From a virus, in IMG/VR virus record IMGVR_UViG_3300025174_000089: a stretch of DNA of 28,502 bases. One strand, given 5' to 3'. Shown in pieces: positions 23,441 through 28,502 of this stretch (position 1 is its first letter; the number at the start of each line of letters is the position of its first letter). Below the pieces are notes generated by a model. That model saw only the letters and a list, made by a program, of their open reading frames with translations. It did not search any database and was not told the DNA's origin. The translations under genes and the position numbers were made by a program.

Positions 23441-24117
23441 CCAAAGACAAGAAATGCAGTATTTGCGGGAAAGGTGTGTATGAAAACGAGATTTCTCCTC
23501 ATACATTATCCGATGGATCAACGCCTGCTGGTGAATTTTGCAGCAAACACTGCCCCTGTGGCAAACCTCCTCATTTCGTATGGAGTGATTTAGATGAATG
23601 GCATTGTCCTAGTTGTAAAGCACACTGGGCTGCTGAGTGTTCTTGTGACAGTTTAGGAGTCGAGATAGTGTCCAAAGGAAAAAAGTTACCCGCTACAATT
23701 GATTGGCAGTACGTAGCTACATTTGTAGCCCTACCCATAGATCCTGGCACTCCACCTGTGAATAAAATCATTACCATTGTACGCTCGTCCCAAAAGGGGA
23801 AGGCTGATTTGTTCAAACTTTTAGAGTTTTGTTTTATGGATGTTTCTTATTCTGGTTCTGAGACGAAAAAAGTAATTCCTATGTCAATATCTGTAGAGGA
23901 CGACAACTGTGTTTTGCTTGGCACTGCCATTGCCAGTTCATTTAAACATTTGTTGGGAGGTTTTAATATTTATGAAAAATGGATGAATAACTTGGGGAAA
24001 TGCCCCTATCATATTGTCATTTTAGGAGGGGAAAATATCAAGAAACATAGCAGTATGGCGTCTTCGCTGGTTTTTCAGTGGCTTTCAGAGCTTCATTTGG
24101 ACCACAGTTTTTTGTGA
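23437..24117 (+). CDS. Protein with Cys/His-rich (multi-zinc) N-terminus and unknown alpha/beta C-terminus (226 aa)
   Basis: CSIC, FCSKHCPC, HCPSC, H...CSC in the first ~75 aa; directly upstream of the dikinase-like gene. Confidence 0.75.
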   Translation: MTKDKKCSICGKGVYENEISPHTLSDGSTPAGEFCSKHCPCGKPPHFVWSDLDEWHCPSCKAHWAAECSCDSLGVEIVSKGKKLPATIDWQYVATFVALPIDPGTPPVNKIITIVRSSQKGKADLFKLLEFCFMDVSYSGSETKKVIPMSISVEDDNCVLLGTAIASSFKHLLGGFNIYEKWMNNLGKCPYHIVILGGENIKKHSSMASSLVFQWLSELHLDHSFL

Positions 24118-24124
24118 GGGTTAA

Positions 24125-26392
24125 ATGAATAGAATAGAAAGCGGTTGGGCTACTGTATTGGGATACGAAAAGGTATCTCAAATATCTTCACAAAAGGCGC
24201 GCGGTATTGCACTAGTTTCGCAGCTTGGGTATTTTTCCGTGCTAAACACCGTTATTATTTCTTCACAAGAAGCACGGAAATTGGACTCATCTATAATGAA
24301 TAAAGAATTTAGTGAGTCAGTAATAGATCGTTCCTTTACTCTTGACTTACCAATCTTACTAAGAACGTGCCCAGTCACGCCAAGGCACGGGATTCTCGGA
24401 AACAAAAAAATTGTGCTCAAGAGGGTTTCGGAATTACAGGGAGCCTGTTCTGAACTTGCATATTCCATGCTTGAGTATGGCGAATCCGAAGGGGACATTG
24501 TAATACAACCATTTGTTAACGCAGCAATGAATTTGGTTTGGACTAATGGGCATGTGGTAATTGGTCCTGATTTTGATGGTGCAACTGCAGGAAAATTTCC
24601 ATCATTTGGACTTAACGTTCTTTGGCCCAAGTGGTTAGAAAAAGGTATCACAGAGCACATTAAAGGTGATAAACACCATGAGCTTGAATTTGTGATAGAT
24701 AAATCCACAAATGTATTCTGCACTCAAATTCGAGAATCAACAAAACACAAGGATAAGGGACTCGTAGTTTTGCCGAATTCAATTCCAGGATTTGTTCCTG
24801 ATGCAACAAGTCCAAGACTTGGTAAAGAATACTTTGTTATAAAAGTTAAGGGAACGGATCTTGAAATTCTTGAGAAGTTAAAAATAGAAAACGTGCTAGT
24901 CATGCACCAAGCGGGAAATCTCCTTTCCCATGCGTCGGCACATTGTAGGCAAAGGGGATGGGCATATATCTCTAGGATTCTAAATCCAAAGGATATTGAG
25001 AATTGTTATATATGTGAACCCGCACCCGGCAGTGTAATGTTTCTAGAAAAACCAGCAATCGGGGTTAATGTTTCTATTGAAGATTACAAAGCTCAGTTTC
25101 TCGAAGGGTTGCAATTTGTCCTTAAAAATAAGGTTGCGCCGCCGGATCATTGGAGGGCGTTTACTTTATCATTTGCTTTTCATCATTTTAGTACAGGGCA
25201 GAGTCTAAGCCCGGAGATTGCATACCTCGCCGGGATATTTGCGGGCGTCATGTTAAAGTCTGCATTCGCAATTATACTTGGTGAGATGAGGCATTTTGAA
25301 AATCTAGTAGCAGAGACGGATGGATCTGTTTCCGAGTGCTGGGAGATATTTTTGGGTGCCATTTCGGATTCGCTCCACTTGGAAAAGGAAACTCCTAGGA
25401 ATCAGATTTATAAGAGAGTTTTTTCCACAGATTGCAGTAAGTATCTTGGGCGTATTTTGGCGTTGATGAGGGCGTGTCGTATACTATATAATAAGATTCA
25501 ATGGGGAAGCGGATATGGCGGTGATGCATGGGGGAGAGTTACGAGAGCCGCCGTGCGTTCTGTAATTGCTTTGAACTTAGGGAACATGAAGTTTATTTTG
25601 AGAGAGATTAATCTGCTTACGAATGCAGCACATAACTGTGGGTGGGCGTTTAACAAATTTACCGGCCAACAGGATTTGCTGTACTTTATGGGAGATTTCC
25701 TAGGTAATCCACATTGGCCGGTCGGTCTTTCTATGGCCATGAGCGTGCTCAGGAAAGGGATACCAACTTTAGATAAGGACAACTCCACAATTTTTGTTAA
25801 AGAGAACGTTAGGGAATCATTGATTGAGATAGCAAAATTACTTTCAAAAGCATCAGCCATTAAGAAAGTGGGTTTCAAAAAGAAGGCCCCCGATGTAGAT
25901 GTATCCAAGGGATTTACTGCTGCAAAGAAACCAAGTTGTTATATAGCCGTATTTGATAAGCCTTATTCATTGACTGGAGATGAAGTGCCAGAATTTGCTT
26001 TGAGTGGCGAAGCAAAGCTTACGTCACTAGCAAAAGAAAAGGATTACGAGGCGGAGCAGTTAGACAGTAATGAAAAACAAGAGTTTTGTGGCACTGTTTT
26101 CGATTTACAATCGTGTGAAATGTTTCATTCTATGATAACTAATCTTCTTAATGAACCGGATGGCACAGTGGTAACCTTTAATCCAAATATTGCAGAACAA
26201 ATGGCTGATGATGAAAATTGTGGTATTCTACATTCTATAAAAAATAGTCTCAGTCTAGAACTGCCAGGAAATCAAGAGATTGCGTACTTAGAAATGTCAT
26301 GGGCTTATGAACTTCTTTGTGACTCCTATAAGATTGGAGCTAAAAATATGAAGGAACTGTCAAAGGGAGAAAATGATGGCAAAGAAAAATAA
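24125..26392 (+). CDS. PPDK/PEP-synthase-like phosphotransferase: ATP-grasp domain + phospho-His swivel domain + unknown C-terminal domain (755 aa)
   Basis: LLRTCP..PRHG, IVIQPFV, HELEFVI...FCTQIR resemble the ATP-grasp of the PPDK N-domain; AGNLLSHASAHCRQRG matches the GGxTSHAAxxxRxxG swivel motif (His269); no recognisable PEP-binding TIM barrel. Confidence 0.7.
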   Translation: MNRIESGWATVLGYEKVSQISSQKARGIALVSQLGYFSVLNTVIISSQEARKLDSSIMNKEFSESVIDRSFTLDLPILLRTCPVTPRHGILGNKKIVLKRVSELQGACSELAYSMLEYGESEGDIVIQPFVNAAMNLVWTNGHVVIGPDFDGATAGKFPSFGLNVLWPKWLEKGITEHIKGDKHHELEFVIDKSTNVFCTQIRESTKHKDKGLVVLPNSIPGFVPDATSPRLGKEYFVIKVKGTDLEILEKLKIENVLVMHQAGNLLSHASAHCRQRGWAYISRILNPKDIENCYICEPAPGSVMFLEKPAIGVNVSIEDYKAQFLEGLQFVLKNKVAPPDHWRAFTLSFAFHHFSTGQSLSPEIAYLAGIFAGVMLKSAFAIILGEMRHFENLVAETDGSVSECWEIFLGAISDSLHLEKETPRNQIYKRVFSTDCSKYLGRILALMRACRILYNKIQWGSGYGGDAWGRVTRAAVRSVIALNLGNMKFILREINLLTNAAHNCGWAFNKFTGQQDLLYFMGDFLGNPHWPVGLSMAMSVLRKGIPTLDKDNSTIFVKENVRESLIEIAKLLSKASAIKKVGFKKKAPDVDVSKGFTAAKKPSCYIAVFDKPYSLTGDEVPEFALSGEAKLTSLAKEKDYEAEQLDSNEKQEFCGTVFDLQSCEMFHSMITNLLNEPDGTVVTFNPNIAEQMADDENCGILHSIKNSLSLELPGNQEIAYLEMSWAYELLCDSYKIGAKNMKELSKGENDGKEK

Positions 26393-27212
26393 CGATACAA
26401 AAACAACACCAACTGAATGCCACTGGGGCAACTTAGAGGTATTCAGTACAGAATACTCTGTATACTATGGCGGAGGTAAAACAAGAGGAGCAAAAACCGG
26501 AGAGGTAGACGTGATTATAGATCTTGCGCCAAGAACATATGGTACCGGAACTGGATATGCAACAACCTCCCCCCTTTACAGTAAATTGCTGACCCTAAAG
26601 GGTGTTGATGAATTTCTACAGCGTGTTGTTGATAAGGAAAAGGATTACAAGAAAGATCAAATAACATTTGAGTTGGATTGGGACGACCTGGGAGTGCCGC
26701 CATTTACGAAGAAATTCTTTGAGGAGTTCGCGGCAGCCCTTGAAGATGGCTCGCGAGCATTCTTAGAATCTCGCAAAACAAAAAGAAAGATTCTTGTAAT
26801 GTGCGCTGGCGGACATGGAAGAACCGGCACGATGATTGCTATTTTAGCTTTGATAAATGGAGCATTGGCTGGTGATAAAAAAGTTCTTGAGAACATTAGG
26901 GATATGTATTGCCCTAACTGTGTGGAGGCGTTTTGTCAGGCCGAGCTGATTGGTCTTTTTTGTAAAGAGTCTTTCCAATTTACCCTACCGCCCAAAAAGG
27001 CAGCATTAATTGACGCGCATTATGGTTTTGAAGACAGTTCTACTGGCGAGTACAGGTTTCCGTCTAAGAAAGGGGGCATTAAGGATGAGCCTGCAGCAAA
27101 AAAAGCGATAAGTTGTGGAAAGGAGGATACCTTTGTTGGGGTAACGATGAATGACCCGGAATTTGACTATGAGTATGACTGTCAGGATTGTAAGTGGCAT
27201 AGGAGGAAGTAA
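26373..27212 (+). CDS. Cys-based (PTP/dual-specificity-like) phosphatase (279 aa)
   Basis: ILVMCAGGHGRTGT is a CX5R P-loop (Cys144); WDDLGVP acid loop upstream; VEAFCQ resembles the Q-loop region. Confidence 0.85.
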   Translation: MMAKKNNDTKTTPTECHWGNLEVFSTEYSVYYGGGKTRGAKTGEVDVIIDLAPRTYGTGTGYATTSPLYSKLLTLKGVDEFLQRVVDKEKDYKKDQITFELDWDDLGVPPFTKKFFEEFAAALEDGSRAFLESRKTKRKILVMCAGGHGRTGTMIAILALINGALAGDKKVLENIRDMYCPNCVEAFCQAELIGLFCKESFQFTLPPKKAALIDAHYGFEDSSTGEYRFPSKKGGIKDEPAAKKAISCGKEDTFVGVTMNDPEFDYEYDCQDCKWHRRK

Positions 27213-27294
27213 ATATCTAAAGTAAATACGATTTTGTGCTCAACAATCTGAGGTTTGTGAAGAAGAGAATGGTGACTGTTAAAAGGAGGAACAT

Positions 27295-27801
27295 ATGGAC
27301 AAAGACCTGCACCCGATCTTTCAAACAATGGCGTTGCTCGAAATGGTGGAGCCCGGAAAGCTTCCAGATCCGGAAAGTGATGACTACAAAAAGTATGTGG
27401 AGTTGCACACGGGTCCATTTGAAACGAATCAAAAGGAGTTTGATGGGAAGGTTTATGTTCAGGGGCAGATTAGGCAGGTTGATCCCGATTCCCCAATGTT
27501 CAAGATTCAAATTCCTAACTCTGCTGGAGAATGGTATCTTTCGTTACCGTTGTTGATGAAAGACCTTCCCAGTCCGTTGATGAAGGATGCGCCATCTTTG
27601 TATCCTGAATCCAGCGCTAAGATTTTTTACTACAAGGTATGGGTTTCTCCGCTAAAAAAAGCCAAGTGCGGGTCTTGTGACAAGGATCATGGCGTGTTAG
27701 ATGTGATCTTTGTGCAGGATGAGGAGAAGAGAACAGAGGGAATGTCGGATCAGGCGTATGCATTCGTGGAGAGCATTCTTGACGAACTGAAGCAAAATTA
27801 A
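27295..27801 (+). CDS. Hypothetical acidic protein (168 aa) with a CGSC motif
   Basis: AAGGAGG RBS; no recognised family. Confidence 0.8.
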   Translation: MDKDLHPIFQTMALLEMVEPGKLPDPESDDYKKYVELHTGPFETNQKEFDGKVYVQGQIRQVDPDSPMFKIQIPNSAGEWYLSLPLLMKDLPSPLMKDAPSLYPESSAKIFYYKVWVSPLKKAKCGSCDKDHGVLDVIFVQDEEKRTEGMSDQAYAFVESILDELKQN

Positions 27802-27904
27802 GGATATGGGCGCTGCGGCCCAGCCCAAGGAACCAGCCAGAGGGAACAGAAGGGTAGGGAATGCATCCGTCTGGTCAGCGCCCATCAATTCTTTGGAGAA
27901 AACT

Positions 27905-28183
27905 ATGGCGCATTTCTATGGAACGTTAAGAGGAAAAGGTAAAAACGCAGTCACAAAATGTGGCACAAAGAATAGCGGTTTAACCATAACGGCACAGGGC
28001 TGCAAGGGACAGATAGAAGTGAAGATTTATTACGATAAGCTTTGTGACGAAGATATGTATTCTGTATCTCTTGCCCCAGCCAATTTCGGTCCAGGTAAAA
28101 CAACCCTGTTGGCAGTTGGGGTATTGAATATGGCCTATGTGCCGATTTATTCTGGTTATACTGAGGGAGAAAAAGATGGTTAA
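27905..28183 (+). CDS. Conserved phage hypothetical protein (92 aa, MAHFYGTLRG...CGTKNSGL)
   Basis: GGAG RBS before the ATG at 27905; N-terminus matches a recurrent phage family pattern as recalled. Confidence 0.7.
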   Translation: MAHFYGTLRGKGKNAVTKCGTKNSGLTITAQGCKGQIEVKIYYDKLCDEDMYSVSLAPANFGPGKTTLLAVGVLNMAYVPIYSGYTEGEKDG

Positions 28184-28502
28184 GATTTCTTTAACTGCCC
28201 TTTCGACCTCTCCAGAGGATGTTATAGCGGAAATAAAACATATTTACGATTCGTCTCCGAAAGAAGCCAAGGAAGATATTGACTCAGGACAAGTGATTCT
28301 TGATGTAACGGAAATCACCGGACTGTCAGCAGCAATTGCTGTTGCATGTTTAAATGGAATCAGCGGTATTATGCCAATGGTTTTAGAGGATTGGTCTGCT
28401 GAGGGATATGAGCACAAACAAACAGTTGATCTACACGAGATCAGACAAGAGTTTTACCTGAAGTATAGGTCTGTAACTGGAGGAAAAAAAGATGGAAATC
28501 AG
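28176..28502 (+). CDS. Csx15-like small protein, 3' end cut by the window (>=109 aa), absent from the ORF track
   Basis: Own translation: MVKISLTALSTSPEDVIAEIKHIYDSSPKEAKEDIDSGQVILDVTEITGLSAAIAVACLNGISGIMPMVLEDWSAEGYEHKQTVDLHEIRQEFYLKYRSVTGGKKDGNQ; GAGGGAG RBS; a GGAGG...ATG at 28492 suggests it ends just past the edge. The ORF is solid; the family call is tentative. Confidence 0.5.
   Translation, partial: MVKISLTALSTSPEDVIAEIKHIYDSSPKEAKEDIDSGQVILDVTEITGLSAAIAVACLNGISGIMPMVLEDWSAEGYEHKQTVDLHEIRQEFYLKYRSVTGGKKDGNQ

Noticed and set aside
24125-26392. Ordinary auxiliary metabolic PPDK/PEP synthase
   Set aside because: No recognisable C-terminal PEP/pyruvate TIM-barrel motifs; the ATP-grasp part is short and divergent
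27236-27556. 106-aa plus-strand ORF overlapping 27295-27801
   Set aside because: Off-frame overlap with a gene that has a strong AAGGAGG RBS
27808-27884. Canonical tRNA gene
   Set aside because: Acceptor-like stem and length fit, but there is no GTTCRA T-loop, D-loop GG or anticodon arm, and no CCA
1-28502. Stop-codon reassignment (alternative genetic code)
   Set aside because: Terminase, portal, MCP and other long genes are intact under code 11, and all three stop codons end tiled genes

Overview
This window is part of an uncultured dsDNA tailed-phage genome, probably podovirus-like, with two divergent arms. The minus strand (1-19811) carries a run of small accessory genes, GroES, a TerS-like HTH protein, an HNH nuclease, TerL, a portal with a long Gln-rich coiled coil, a scaffold, a capsid auxiliary protein, a Mu gpT-like major capsid, several adhesin/fibre-like virion proteins and a head-tail adaptor. 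A ~950-bp gene-free control region (19812-20761) contains divergent sigma70 promoters, a consensus leftward sigma54 promoter, phased TTGTGAA-N4-TTCACAA (Rex/CRP-type) boxes, a strong G-quadruplex tract, a ~125-nt four-way-junction element and 30-bp direct repeats. No repressor or integrase is visible in the window. The plus strand (20762-end) is an early/accessory arm with an Imm5-like gene, small genes and the most novel module: a PPDK-type ATP-grasp + phospho-His swivel enzyme whose PEP-binding barrel is replaced by an unknown domain, overlapping a CX5R phosphatase and followed closely by a Csx15-like ORF cut by the window edge. All family calls come from motif recognition by eye; no searches or folding programs were run.
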